From Candidatus Micrarchaeota archaeon (GTDB taxonomy: Archaea; Micrarchaeota; Micrarchaeia; Anstonellales; J096), in contig JAADEL010000049.1 in NCBI GenBank assembly GCA_013153395.1, forward strand, positions 1 to 36,877: a stretch of DNA of 36,877 nt, in the 5' to 3' direction. The position numbers and the translations under genes are program-made. The notes beneath the pieces are model-generated. The model worked only from the letters and a program-made list of their open reading frames with translations, made no database searches and was not told the DNA's origin. Below, piece by piece: positions 9,977 through 20,144 of this stretch (positions are counted from its first letter, which is position 1; every line of letters starts with the position of its first letter).

Positions 9977-10266
9977 AGCAAAAAGGCAATAGGGCTGTCT
10001 TTGTATTGTTCCTTGAGCTCAGGGTTGTTTTTGATTTCCTCTATTTTTTCTTCATCGCACACCCATTCTGGGATCTCTCCTTTGCCCTCTAAATCATAAG
10101 CTGCCCCAATATGACAAAACACACATCTAAACCAATAAACCTTTTTCCCATCCTTGTCAACCACCGTAACTACATTCATATCTCCGTGCTCAGGGCAGGC
10201 AAGGCCCTTTTCCTTTACTATCACTTTCTTTATGCCGCAATGGTCAAGGGGAATTCGATAAAGCAT
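9973..10266 (-). CDS. Small Cys-rich putative metal-binding (zinc-ribbon-like) protein
   Basis: CPEH and CVFC pairs. ATGA overlap with the sua5 start. TATA-like element at 10287-10292. Confidence 0.65.
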   Translation of the reverse strand: MLYRIPLDHCGIKKVIVKEKGLACPEHGDMNVVTVVDKDGKKVYWFRCVFCHIGAAYDLEGKGEIPEWVCDEEKIEEIKNNPELKEQYKDSPIAFLL

Positions 10267-10287
10267 ATATTGTTGTTCCCTAAGGTT

Positions 10288-11802
10288 TTAAAAATCCTTT
10301 AACATGTAGAAATGGCCCTTGTGATATCCGAGCTTGCGATAGTATTCTCGCACTCCCACGCCTGAGATTACCGCCATATCGAGGCCTTTTTCTTGGGCGA
10401 TCTCTTCTGCTCTCTTTATCAACCTTTTTCCTATGCCGCGATGTTGGATAAGGCCCTTTTGGCCAATGGGTGCCTCAGGTCCATAGACGTGGATTTCCCG
10501 GATGATTGCCCGGTCTTGGAGCTCCTCTACCGACCATTCCTTAGGGATGCGGAGGCGTAGAAAGCCGTAAAGAACGCTTTTGTCTTCTTTCTCTACGGAG
10601 AGAAAATACTCTTCGCCTCCTGAGGCCTTATAGCTCATTTCAAACATCTCGGTCTCCTCCGGATTAAAGGAAAGAAGGCCTTTGCGGGCAGCCTCGTTGG
10701 CTCTTATCTCCTGGGGCGTGATACCCTTTTCCTGGGCAAGCCTCTGAGCAATCTCCCGAATATTGGACTTCTTTACTCCTGCCTCAATCTTATGGCCCGG
10801 GATATCTCGATTTATGCGTTGGATGCGCACATAGTGGGGAATATATTCAAAGGCCTGAGCAATGATTTGGGCGGCCTCCTCATCGCTATAAGGGGTGTAA
10901 AGGCCTTTTTTATAATCCTCGTAGAGAGGAGCACCGGGCACCACCAACGTAGGATAGATCTTAAGCATGTCAGGCCTAAAGCGCTCATCCTCAAAAAGGC
11001 TTTTTATCATCTCAAGGTCCTTTTTGGGATTGCTGCCCGGCAACCCTAGCATAATATGATACAAGATCTTGTATCCGGCGTTCTTGAGCTCCCGGGTTGC
11101 CTTTATTACATCCTCCACAGTATGCCCTCGGTCCACTAGCTCATAGATTTTGTCGTCCGGATGCTGCACACCTAGCTCAACCTTGGTAGCCCCATAGGAA
11201 AGCATCTCAGGAATGTTATAAACATCGGGTCTTGTTTCAATGGTGAGGCCCACTACGCGGCGCTCTGCCCTCTCGTTATAAGTAAGGGCTTCGGGCAAAG
11301 AAGGAGCATCCCACTCATTTACTGCATCATATATCCTTTTCACAAACCATTGCTTGTAGGCAGGGTCCATCTCTAAGAAGGTGCCGCCCATTATTATGAT
11401 ATCGAGCTTTTGGGCGCGGTGATGTTGGATTTTGTAATGCAAAAGCCTGGCCTTTACCTGCTCATAGGGATCATAGTTCACAGAACGGGCCCTCAGAGCG
11501 CTGGGCTCATAGCCGGTGTAGCTTTTGGGAGCAATGCTCGATATAGGGCAATAGCGGCAGCGCCAACGACAGGATCCCTGCGGCCTTACCATAACCGCCA
11601 CAGGAGCAACCCCTGAAAGGGTGCGGGTAGGCTTGCGAAAGAGCTTCTCCTGGAGGTCCTCAGAAAGATGGGGCAATATCTCGGAGTTCTTGGGCACGCG
11701 AGAAAGCCTATATTTAATGGAGGCTTGCTTTTTTGCCTGCTCCACGCTCAACCCTTGGCGCAGAAGCTTCTCAACCTCCCTTATAAACTCAGCAGGAAGC
11801 AT
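10288..11802 (-). CDS. elp3: tRNA U34 carboxymethyltransferase Elp3 (radical SAM + GNAT)
   Basis: KPTRTLSGVAPVAVM, CRWRCRYC, KSYTGYEP, TIETRPD, IREIHVYG, QHRGIG, ISGVGVREYYRKLGY. Confidence 0.96.
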   Translation of the reverse strand: MLPAEFIREVEKLLRQGLSVEQAKKQASIKYRLSRVPKNSEILPHLSEDLQEKLFRKPTRTLSGVAPVAVMVRPQGSCRWRCRYCPISSIAPKSYTGYEPSALRARSVNYDPYEQVKARLLHYKIQHHRAQKLDIIIMGGTFLEMDPAYKQWFVKRIYDAVNEWDAPSLPEALTYNERAERRVVGLTIETRPDVYNIPEMLSYGATKVELGVQHPDDKIYELVDRGHTVEDVIKATRELKNAGYKILYHIMLGLPGSNPKKDLEMIKSLFEDERFRPDMLKIYPTLVVPGAPLYEDYKKGLYTPYSDEEAAQIIAQAFEYIPHYVRIQRINRDIPGHKIEAGVKKSNIREIAQRLAQEKGITPQEIRANEAARKGLLSFNPEETEMFEMSYKASGGEEYFLSVEKEDKSVLYGFLRLRIPKEWSVEELQDRAIIREIHVYGPEAPIGQKGLIQHRGIGKRLIKRAEEIAQEKGLDMAVISGVGVREYYRKLGYHKGHFYMLKDF

Positions 11803-11840
11803 TGGTGCTATCTTTTAAATATTCCCTATTAAATATATAA

Positions 11841-12416
11841 GTGCAGGCTTTCAAGGAGTTCAGCAAGGTAGAAAAACAAGACCGATTAGCTTTATGGTAT
11901 GGAGGTTCTTTGTTGGGCATAATAGGAGCGACAGGGATGGGGCTGATTTCTGAACATCTTGCCATCAACCTTTTGATTGCCTCAGTGATTCTTTCCGCGA
12001 GATTGGCAAGGGGAGAGATAAAAAGAAAGGTGAAAATCCCTTATTATGTGATTGAAGCAACTCGAGGTAATCTTATCTATCGGGCCCATCTGGAGAAAAT
12101 AAAGGATGATAAATGGCAGTTCTCGGTGTTGAGGATGAAGGAGAAAGATGGGCTTACCTACTATGATGGAGAGAGTGAGATTCCCCTGGTAATGGTTTCT
12201 TCAAAGCAGCTGGTGCTGTTGGGTAGTGAGGAAGAAACTGCTCTTATTGCTCAAGAAATAAAACGAGCTAACAAAAGCCTAAAGCTCTATGCTATAGCAA
12301 AGCAACCTACCGGGCTTTATCTCACGGGCATAAAGGAAGAAAAGCCTCCGCTTCACTCTCCTAAATATAAAATAATAAAGAAAGGAGAGGGTATTCCTAT
12401 AGCAAGGATAGGATGA
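11841..12416 (+). CDS. Hypothetical membrane protein (two N-terminal hydrophobic helices)
   Basis: GTG start 22 nt after TTTAAA 11814-11819. Hydrophobic segments LALWYGGSLLGIIGATGMGL and LAINLLIASVILSA. Confidence 0.65.
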   Translation: MQAFKEFSKVEKQDRLALWYGGSLLGIIGATGMGLISEHLAINLLIASVILSARLARGEIKRKVKIPYYVIEATRGNLIYRAHLEKIKDDKWQFSVLRMKEKDGLTYYDGESEIPLVMVSSKQLVLLGSEEETALIAQEIKRANKSLKLYAIAKQPTGLYLTGIKEEKPPLHSPKYKIIKKGEGIPIARIG

Positions 12417-12476
12417 AAACTCATCAGAAGCGCTTATTTAATGTTGGTCGTATGTTGGAAACAAGCATGCATAAGG

Positions 12477-12484
12477 TTTAAAAA
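12477..12484 (+). promoter_or_regulatory. TATA box of the 23S rRNA gene
   Basis: TTTAAAAA about 30 nt upstream of the 5' arm of the terminal stem. Confidence 0.7.
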
Positions 12485-12514
12485 CCCTTCGCTTGTATAA
12501 CTAAAATTGTCTCT

Positions 12515-12549
12515 GGCCGGTTGGCCAGTGTGTGAGGGCGAGGTTGGAG
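12515..12549 (+). repeat. 5' arm of perfect 35-bp inverted repeat flanking the 23S rRNA
   Basis: GGCCGGTTGGCCAGTGTGTGAGGGCGAGGTTGGAG, the exact reverse complement of 15436-15470. Confidence 0.95.
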
Positions 12550-15435
12550 AGTTTGTTGCAACCGGCGTAGGGGATGGCCGGGCTCTCCGTACAACGCCCC
12601 GTGGCAAGCTGCGATAAGCCCAGGGTAGGCGCAGGCAGCCGTTAAACCTGGGATGGGGCGAAGCACAGGTTCTTCGGAACCTGTCAGTAACGCCGGGAAT
12701 TGAAGCATCTTAGTACCGGCAGGAAAAGAAATCAATATGAGATCCGGGTAGTAAGGGCGACTGAACCCCGGACAGACCGTCTCGAATCCACCTCAGCAAT
12801 GAGGTCGGAGATGTGAGGGGGAGCATCCTAGTACCGACTCGAAGTGGGCTGGAATGCCCCACCATAGAGGGTGATAGTCCCGTAGAGGTAGGTGCTAGGA
12901 GCGAACCAGAAGAGTACCGCTCTCTGGCTGAGAGCGGGAAGATGGGGGAACTAACCTCCAAGTCTAAATATAGCGGAGAGACCGATAGCGAATTAGTAGC
13001 GCGAGCGAACGCTGAAAAGTTCCCCGGGAAGGGGAGTGAAAAGAGCCTGAAACTACGCCGGGACAGGCAGCCAAGGCGTGAAAGGGTACCTAGGTGAAGC
13101 CGACTGGGGCAACCCAGGAGGCCATCCTAGGGTCAACGTCTTGGCATTCTTCTCGAAGCAAGAGCCAGGGAGTTCTGCGGGGTGGCGAGGCGAAAGCCGG
13201 AGCGAAAGCGAGCGCCCGCAACGTTAAGTGAGGGGCGTCCTCCCAAAAGGGGATTAGTCACCGCGCAGAGACCCGAAGCCCGTTGCGAACTAGAGCGGGG
13301 CAGGGCGAAGCCCACCTGACGGTGGGTGGAGGCCCGCAACTAGTGTTGGTATATCCACTTAGGTGACCTCGCTCTAGGGGTGATAGGCCATTCGAGCCGG
13401 GCGATAGCGGGTTCCTCCCCAAATGTGTCTCAGCACAGCGTCGCCGGAGGCGGCCTGAAGGGTAGAGCACTGATTGGGTGGCCCGGGGGAGAATATCCCT
13501 CACCACCCTATCAAACTCCGAATCTTCAGGCGCCGTAGATGGCGGCAGTGGGGCTCCCCGGGGTAAGCCTGGGGGTCTATAGCGGAACGACGCTACGTGC
13601 GGTTAAGGGCCCTAAGTGCCGGCTAAGTGCGAATCCAAAAGAGGGGTATCCTCTTAGACAGCTGGGACGTAGGCTTAGAAGCAGCCATCGTCTAAGCAAC
13701 GCGTAAAAGCGGACCAGCCGAGAGGATACCTCTCAAAAATGGACGGGGCTAAGCCGGCCTCCGATACCGCACCGGTCCCGAAAGGGACATCGAGTAGGGA
13801 GGCGTCCGGAGTGCTTCGAAGCAGGGCCGTGAGGTCCTGTGGAGCGCTCTGGAATGAATATCCTGGCGTCAGTAGCAGCAAACTCGGGTGAGAATCCCGA
13901 AGGGCTGATAGGGCAAGGTTTCCTTGGCAACGTTCGTCAGCCAAGGGTTAGGCGGTCCTAAGGCACCCCCTAATAGGAAGGTGCCGATTGGGAAAGGGGT
14001 TAATATTCCCCTCCCAGAGTGGTAGGCCTTGCAGCAATGCAGCCCCCGGTAGCCGACGCCTTGGGATAGCGGCAGCCCCGCAAGGGGTCTAAGCGCTGAA
14101 GCCCCCAGAGTCTCGTTGTGAGGAGAAGGGGGTGAAGGCGTGACGGGGTAACTGCCGCGACTCCTGGGGACCATGAAAAGGCAGGGGGAACGACCCACTC
14201 TGACCGTACCAAGAACCGGTACAGGTGCCCTAGCTGAAAAGGCTCAGCCCAGTAGGGAGAACCCAGGCAAGGGAACTCGGCAAATTGGCCCCGTAACTTC
14301 GGGAGAAGGGGTGCCTGGGATCGTGCAGATCCCAGGTCGCAGTGACCAGGGGAGAGCGACTGTTTATCAAAAACACAGGTCACCGCAAGGCCGAAAGGCT
14401 GTGTACGGTGGCTGACGCCTGCTCACTGCCAGTACCCGAAAGCCCCTTACAAGGGGCCTAAGGGCTGGTAAAGAGCGGGGGTAACTCTGACCCTCTTAAG
14501 GTAGCGTAATACCTCGCCGCTTAATTGGCGGCTTGCATGAATGGCGTAACGACTCTCCCACTGTCCCTGCCTGGGACCCTGTGAAATCACTTCCCGGTGA
14601 AGATGCCGGGGACTCCCAGTGGGAAACGAAGACTCCATGGAGCTTTACCACAGCCTGGTGTTGGCTTGCTGGTCCGGCTACAGAGCGTAGGCGGGAGCCG
14701 TCGAAGCCGCCTCTCCGGGGGCGGTGGAGGCGCCCATGTAACACCGCCTAGTCGGGCTGGCAAGCCTAACCGAAAGGGACAGCGCCAGGTGGGTGGTTTG
14801 GCTGGGGCGGTACACCCACGAAAAGGTAACATGGGTGCCCAAAGGTCTGCTCAGGCGGGTCAGAAATCCGCTGTAGAGGGCAAAAGATAAATGCAGGCCT
14901 GACTTCTTCCCTAACAGCGTGGGAAGAAGAGGGGAAACCCGGGCTTAGCGAACAGCAATATCCCATTAGTGGGGGATTGCTCTGTCAGACAAGCTACCCT
15001 GGAGGTAACAGGCTCGTCGCGGGTGAGAGTACATATCGACCCCGCGGCTTGGTACATCGCTGTCGGCTTGGGTCATCCTGGCTGTGTAGGAGCAGCCAAG
15101 GGTTGGGTTGTTCATCCATTAAAGACCCACATGAGCTGGGTTCAGTACGTCGCGAGACAGTACGGTAGTATCTGCTGGGAGTGTCGCGCATTGAGGGGAA
15201 GGATCCCTTAGTACGAGAGGAACAGGGATTCGGGGCCTCTGGTGTACCGGTTGTGAAATGCACTGCCGGGCAGCTACGCCCTAGAGGATAAGACCTGAAA
15301 GCATCTAAGGTCGAAGCCTCTCCCAAAACGAGTGCGCAGAAGCCCGCCCATAGCAGATGGGTTTGATAGAGGGGCGGTGTAAGCACCAAGGGCAACCGAG
15401 GTGTTCAGCCGGCCCCAACTAAAGGGCTAATCACC
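12550..15435 (+). rRNA. rrl: 23S rRNA (stand-alone; ends approximate)
   Basis: GAATTGAAGCATCTTAGTA, H69 region CTCTTAAGGTAGCG, P-loop CTGGGGCGG, A2451 region GTAACAGG, sarcin-ricin loop AGTACGAGAGGAAC (15210-15223). Archaeal G at the 2058 equivalent. Confidence 0.98.
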
Positions 15436-15470
15436 CTCCAACCTCGCCCTCACACACTGGCCAACCGGCC
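15436..15470 (+). repeat. 3' arm of perfect 35-bp inverted repeat flanking the 23S rRNA
   Basis: CTCCAACCTCGCCCTCACACACTGGCCAACCGGCC. Confidence 0.95.
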
Positions 15471-15481
15471 TTTTTCATTTT
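15471..15481 (+). terminator. Oligo-T terminator of the 23S transcript
   Basis: TTTTTCATTTT immediately after the stem, overlapping the convergent mtaB stop. Confidence 0.5.
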
Positions 15482-16707
15482 ACTTTACCGAAAAGGCTGG
15501 TGTGTGAAACATCATAGATCTCTACTTCTACAAAAGAACCTAATGGCACATCCTTATCCAACACCACCTGACGATAGAAATCTGTTCTTGCCTTTTTAGG
15601 CTCAGTAACCAAGACGCGATAGCTCTCTCCAAGATGGAGCTCATTGTTTTTATAGTTGATTTCCTTCAGGAGCTCATGCACTATGAAAGATCTCTTCTTG
15701 ATTACTTCGGATGGGAGCTGTCTAAGCTTGGCGGCCTCTGTAAAAGGCCTCGGAGTAAATTTAGAGAGATTAACAACATCAGGCCTCCATCTTTCCAAGA
15801 ATCTCAGGGTTTGCTCAAAGTCCTCTTCAGTCTCAGTAGGATAACCTACTATGATGTCGGTGGCTGCTGTAAATCTTTTCCCATATTTTTCCCGAAAGGC
15901 CTTGAGCACATCTATCCAATCTTGGACGGTGTGGGATCTATTCATTTCCCTTACAACCTTCTCGCTTCCCGATTGAATAGAGAGATGGAAGAACTTGTAA
16001 ATCTTGGGACTATCATATACTCTCAAAAGGCCTTCTAACATCTGCTTATAATAATGGGGGCTACCCATCCCTATTCTTACTCGGAAATCTCCCTCAATCT
16101 GGGTGATAAGCTCTAAAAGCTCAACCAGATTACTTCCCACATCCTTGCCATAAGTTCCTATGTCGGTTCCTGTGAGGTCAATCTCCTTACATCCTTCCAT
16201 CAAGGCCTGCTTTATCCATCTTATTATCTGTCCAGGGGTGCGAGATTGATAACGGCGGGCAAGCTTTGTGAAACAAAAATGGCAACTGGAGAAACAACCC
16301 TCCTGAATAGGAATCTTTCCTATGGGTGGTGTAAAGCTTAGCGGAAGGTTTTCCTTTTTCTCGAGTTGGTAATAAAAGGATTGCTTCCCTTCCAAGGCAT
16401 CCTTCACCGCCTCGTTGATATGGGAAATGGCGGTGGTGGAGATTACAGGCACTCCATAGCGTGAAACAAGGGGCTTGTTGGCGGTTAAACATCCGGCAAT
16501 CACGAATTTCTTGCCTTTTTTCTTGAGCTCGTTCAAGTAATGGACGATTTTGTCCTCAGTAGGACCTTTTACCGCACATGTATTCACCACAACCACATCG
16601 GCCTCCTCTTCATTGGAAGCTAGCTCGTGCTGGAGCATTGCTTGCATGGCCTCGCTATCGGCCTGATTCAAGGTACAGCCATAGGTGCGAAAGAATACTT
16701 TGGCCAT
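15475..16707 (-). CDS. mtaB: tRNA methylthiotransferase, MiaB-like archaeal MtaB type
   Basis: TYGCTLN, NTCAVK, AGCL, radical SAM CFSSCHFC, QSGS, DIIVGYPTETEEDF, short C-terminal TRAM. Confidence 0.88.
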   Translation of the reverse strand: MAKVFFRTYGCTLNQADSEAMQAMLQHELASNEEEADVVVVNTCAVKGPTEDKIVHYLNELKKKGKKFVIAGCLTANKPLVSRYGVPVISTTAISHINEAVKDALEGKQSFYYQLEKKENLPLSFTPPIGKIPIQEGCFSSCHFCFTKLARRYQSRTPGQIIRWIKQALMEGCKEIDLTGTDIGTYGKDVGSNLVELLELITQIEGDFRVRIGMGSPHYYKQMLEGLLRVYDSPKIYKFFHLSIQSGSEKVVREMNRSHTVQDWIDVLKAFREKYGKRFTAATDIIVGYPTETEEDFEQTLRFLERWRPDVVNLSKFTPRPFTEAAKLRQLPSEVIKKRSFIVHELLKEINYKNNELHLGESYRVLVTEPKKARTDFYRQVVLDKDVPLGSFVEVEIYDVSHTSLFGKVK

Positions 16708-16744
16708 TCTGAATGTTTTAAAGGCTTTGTTTTTAAATATAGGC

Positions 16745-17761
16745 GTGAATAAAGGCCTCTTATTTGTGATCTTGATGGGCGTGCTTTACTTTGGTGCAAA
16801 GGCCCTTCATTGGGAATACTATCCAGTATTGGAGTTTGTATTTGCGGTAAGCGCTCTGGTGTTGGCGGCAGAGGCCTTTACTGAAAAGGCAGAGAAGCTA
16901 GGAAAGATGCTAAGGCTTTCAAGCTTTATCGTTGGTGTGGTTATATTAAGCTTGGGTACAGGGATGCCTGAGATCGCCTCCTCCATTGCAGCTGTAGTGA
17001 ATGGAAAAAGTGAGGCCGCCTTTGCCAATGCCATTGGTTCTAATATTGCCAGCATATTGTTGGTGGGTGGAATCTCCTTTGCCCTCATAAAGCGCGAGTA
17101 TATCCTAAAATGGGATATGCTCCACGGGGATGTGAGCTTCTTGCTCTCTACTTTGCTTGCCACCGGAATTGTGTTGCTGGATGGGAAGGTAGATTTCTTT
17201 GAGAGCTTAATACTGGTGCTCGGTTATGGGCTTTATTTGCTCTATATGCGGGATGTACATCGCTGGTCCCAGGAAGAAAAGGAAGAAAAGCATTCAGAGG
17301 AAAAGCTTACCCCTATGGAGGGATTGGTGCTGTTGGCAGCATTGGGTGTTATTGCCTATAGTGCAGAGCTGGTGGTGGAAAGCTTGGACGGCATGGCCCA
17401 TTTGTTTAAGTTGCCTATAGCTATTGTGAGCTTGTTTGCCCTCTCTATAGGAACCTCTTTGCCCGAGTTTTTAGTAAGCATAGCGGCTGCCCGCAAAGGA
17501 AACCTAGAGCTTGCCTTAGGAAACATAAACGGCAGCAACATCTTCAACATCTTTGCTGCTTTGGGCGTCTCAGGCCTGTTTGGAACGATCAATGCTCCGC
17601 TAGAGCAGTTCTTGGTGCCTTATATGTTTTTGTTTGCAGCCACCTTTTCCTTTATCCTCATCTTCTTGGATAAAAAGGTGCATAAATACGAAGGATACCT
17701 GCTTATTATCCTCTATCTCTTCTTTGCACTTACTATGATCAGGCACTCATGGCAGTTCTGA
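16745..17761 (+). CDS. Ca2+/cation antiporter (CaCA, YrbG-like)
   Basis: Alpha repeats GTGMPE...AIGSNI and GTSLPE...NINGSNIFN, many transmembrane helices. Start moved to GTG 16745 to avoid overlap with mtaB (23 nt after TTTAAA). Confidence 0.9.
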   Translation: MNKGLLFVILMGVLYFGAKALHWEYYPVLEFVFAVSALVLAAEAFTEKAEKLGKMLRLSSFIVGVVILSLGTGMPEIASSIAAVVNGKSEAAFANAIGSNIASILLVGGISFALIKREYILKWDMLHGDVSFLLSTLLATGIVLLDGKVDFFESLILVLGYGLYLLYMRDVHRWSQEEKEEKHSEEKLTPMEGLVLLAALGVIAYSAELVVESLDGMAHLFKLPIAIVSLFALSIGTSLPEFLVSIAAARKGNLELALGNINGSNIFNIFAALGVSGLFGTINAPLEQFLVPYMFLFAATFSFILIFLDKKVHKYEGYLLIILYLFFALTMIRHSWQF

Positions 17762-18316
17762 AGGAAGGTTCAACATATGAGGGACAATAGTACAATCTCG
17801 GACGCTTTTTTCCCCTAATCGGCTTGCAATATTCTGCCACACCCTCCATATATCATTCCAGCGTTTGAGGAAAGGGCCCATATTGTTGGGGTTGTAAAGG
17901 TGAAAGAGCTCCCGATGGAGAGATTCGGGTATTACATATTCGGTTTGAGAGTAGTCATGTCTTCCGAAATATCTGTCCAATAACAACAAAGGAGTGTCGG
18001 TGGAGGTTAGCTGGGTTTGTCTTACCGCCTCTGCCAAGGCCTCGATGTAATTGGTTATGGCCTTGTTGGAAAAGAGATGAGTGTAAGGAGTTAGAGGTTC
18101 TCCTCCGGGGGGAAGATGCTGAAGGGCCTGATGAGCATGAAACAAATGTTCTATGATCTCACTTACTCGGGCCTTCCCTAGATAAAATCCGTCGTTCTTG
18201 AAGGTGCCTTCAAGAAGCTTAGGATAGGCGTCTTTCAATCTCTCCAAGAAAAGGCCAGCCTCTTTTCCCTTCTTCTCCTCTAAGAAGGTCTTATAGGATG
18301 GGTAGTGGGTATTCAT
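17747..18316 (-). CDS. Hypothetical protein
   Basis: 189-aa ORF filling the gap, TATA 23 nt upstream. No motif recognised. Confidence 0.65.
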   Translation of the reverse strand: MNTHYPSYKTFLEEKKGKEAGLFLERLKDAYPKLLEGTFKNDGFYLGKARVSEIIEHLFHAHQALQHLPPGGEPLTPYTHLFSNKAITNYIEALAEAVRQTQLTSTDTPLLLLDRYFGRHDYSQTEYVIPESLHRELFHLYNPNNMGPFLKRWNDIWRVWQNIASRLGEKSVRDCTIVPHMLNLPSELP

Positions 18317-18365
18317 GATGTTTTATGGTCCGGAGGGTTTATAAGATTGATGTTGAAAAAACTAT

Positions 18366-19460
18366 ATGGAGTGGTACAATTTTGTAAAGGAGAGAGTAGA
18401 AAGAGAGAGGGAGATAGACTATTATTATGGTCCGGCGCTAGAGAGAATTCCTTTTACCGTTGAGAACAGGGTGGACATGGATACCTTGATACGAAATAAA
18501 GCGATGAGGCCAGGATGGATTGTGAACCTCACCGAGAACAGGCTCAAAAACCTAGCGGAGATTGTGAGAAGTGGGATAAATGGATTGGCCTATCACGATT
18601 GGAAGATGTTGGATGTAAATTATTGGGATTTCAAGAGAAGGTGGAAGGAGGCATTAGAGGTAGCTCAGGAGCTCGAGAGAGAACCGCGGGATGCTATATT
18701 GCTTGCTGTGAAGTGGAAAAGCGGAGATAGTATTAAACATGCTTATGAAGCGTTAAAGCCTTATATTAATAAGAAGAATGTGCTCTGGCATTGGCTTTCT
18801 GCGTGGGGTACTCAGATCCCTGTTTCATGTGCTTTGCAGAAGATAAAGGTAGTAGGAGGTGCTATCGATTACATTTTATTCGATGATGAGTTTTATGGGG
18901 TATTGCCCCAAGACCTAGAGCAGAACGTGAGGTTTTTGGCAAAGGAGTTTCCTGATTTGGATGAAAGAGAAAGAGCACGATTGGCGGCAAGCAAAGAAGT
19001 GGCCAAGCTCGTAAATGGTTATTATAACGATGTTTGGAAGACATTAGATGAGATTGCCACCCAATATGGACTGGATAGGAAAAGGCTTAAGCTGGCCTTT
19101 GTAGAAGCCCTTAAAGCCCAACCATCCTATCTTAGAGCCTTTGACTACAGTGTGCATGCCCTGAAAACCTTAAGAGAGAAAGCAGAAAAGCTTCATAAAG
19201 AGGGAGTACTTGATAAGGTGGCCTATAGCGGGGGGTTCTTTTATCTTCCAGCTCGTATAGTAGCAGGATTGATAAGGGATATCAAACATGATCCTCTGAT
19301 AAAGGATAAAAAGGAAGCCATAATAGAGCATATCACTACTGGAATAGGGCCTTATCTAGCTGGCCATCCTAGGATAATCGGAGACCGACTAGAACGAGAG
19401 TTCTCAGCCCATCGGGAAGAGGTACAAAGAAAAAGAAAATTAAAAGAAATTACTTTTTGA
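18366..19460 (+). CDS. Hypothetical protein, probably mostly helical
   Basis: 364-aa ORF with host-like purine-rich coding strand, TTTATA 23 nt upstream. No family recognised. Confidence 0.8.
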   Translation: MEWYNFVKERVEREREIDYYYGPALERIPFTVENRVDMDTLIRNKAMRPGWIVNLTENRLKNLAEIVRSGINGLAYHDWKMLDVNYWDFKRRWKEALEVAQELEREPRDAILLAVKWKSGDSIKHAYEALKPYINKKNVLWHWLSAWGTQIPVSCALQKIKVVGGAIDYILFDDEFYGVLPQDLEQNVRFLAKEFPDLDERERARLAASKEVAKLVNGYYNDVWKTLDEIATQYGLDRKRLKLAFVEALKAQPSYLRAFDYSVHALKTLREKAEKLHKEGVLDKVAYSGGFFYLPARIVAGLIRDIKHDPLIKDKKEAIIEHITTGIGPYLAGHPRIIGDRLEREFSAHREEVQRKRKLKEITF

Positions 19461-20112
19461 GACAGAGCCACCAATCAAAACACTCTATCTCTCCCATAGC
19501 TTCTCTTTGTTTTCTTTCCTCTATTTCTTCTTCGGTAGTAGGTGGTGGAACAATCTTCTTATCTCCGAAGCGCTCGTTCTCAGGCCAGTTGGCAGGGGTG
19601 GCAACGCCTTCTCTGTCAGAGGTCTGGAGGGCCTTTATAGTTCTCAATATTTCATTGATGTTTCTTCCAATCTCCTGCGGATAATAAAGGATGGCTCTTA
19701 TTATTCCCTTGTCATCAACGATGAAGACTGCTCTCACAGTAGTAGGTCCCTTTCCTGGATGGATCATTCCCAAGGTCTCGGCCACCATTCCAAGGTCATC
19801 AGCAATCACAGGAAACTCTATCTTTACTCCCATTTTCTCCTTTATCCACTCTAGCCACTTGTGGTGAGAATATATTTGATCAATGCTTAGTCCTATCAAC
19901 TCGGTGTTGAGATTCTTGAACTCAGGGTATTTCTCCTGGAAGGCTATGAACTCAGTGGTACATACAGGGGTAAAGTCAGCAGGATGGCTGAACAACACAA
20001 ACCACTTGCCCTCCATGTCATCAGGGAGCACTAGCTTTCCCTTGGTAGTCTTTACCTCCAATCTAGGAAATCTATCGCCTATTAAAGGCATTCCAAAAAA
20101 CTCTTCTTCCAT
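19450..20112 (-). CDS. Archaeal peroxiredoxin (Prx6/AhpC-TSA family)
   Basis: [32 protein letters not shown]-terminal CFDWWLC. GGTGA Shine-Dalgarno-like element upstream. Confidence 0.95.
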   Translation of the reverse strand: MEEEFFGMPLIGDRFPRLEVKTTKGKLVLPDDMEGKWFVLFSHPADFTPVCTTEFIAFQEKYPEFKNLNTELIGLSIDQIYSHHKWLEWIKEKMGVKIEFPVIADDLGMVAETLGMIHPGKGPTTVRAVFIVDDKGIIRAILYYPQEIGRNINEILRTIKALQTSDREGVATPANWPENERFGDKKIVPPPTTEEEIEERKQREAMGEIECFDWWLCLKK

Positions 20113-20144
20113 GCTATCACCAGCCTAAATAAGAAAGGGGAGCT

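Noticed and set aside
12410-12475. C/D box sRNA upstream of the 23S gene (TGATGA/CTGA on the minus strand)
   Set aside because: The boxes overlap each other and no correctly spaced partner box is present.
12478-15395. About 20 ORFs of 63-133 aa on both strands
   Set aside because: All lie within the GC-rich 23S rRNA gene and are chance open frames.
12550-15435. Intron or homing endonuclease in the 23S gene
   Set aside because: Length is about 2.9 kb, and the usual insertion regions (H69-H71, PTC loop) read continuously.
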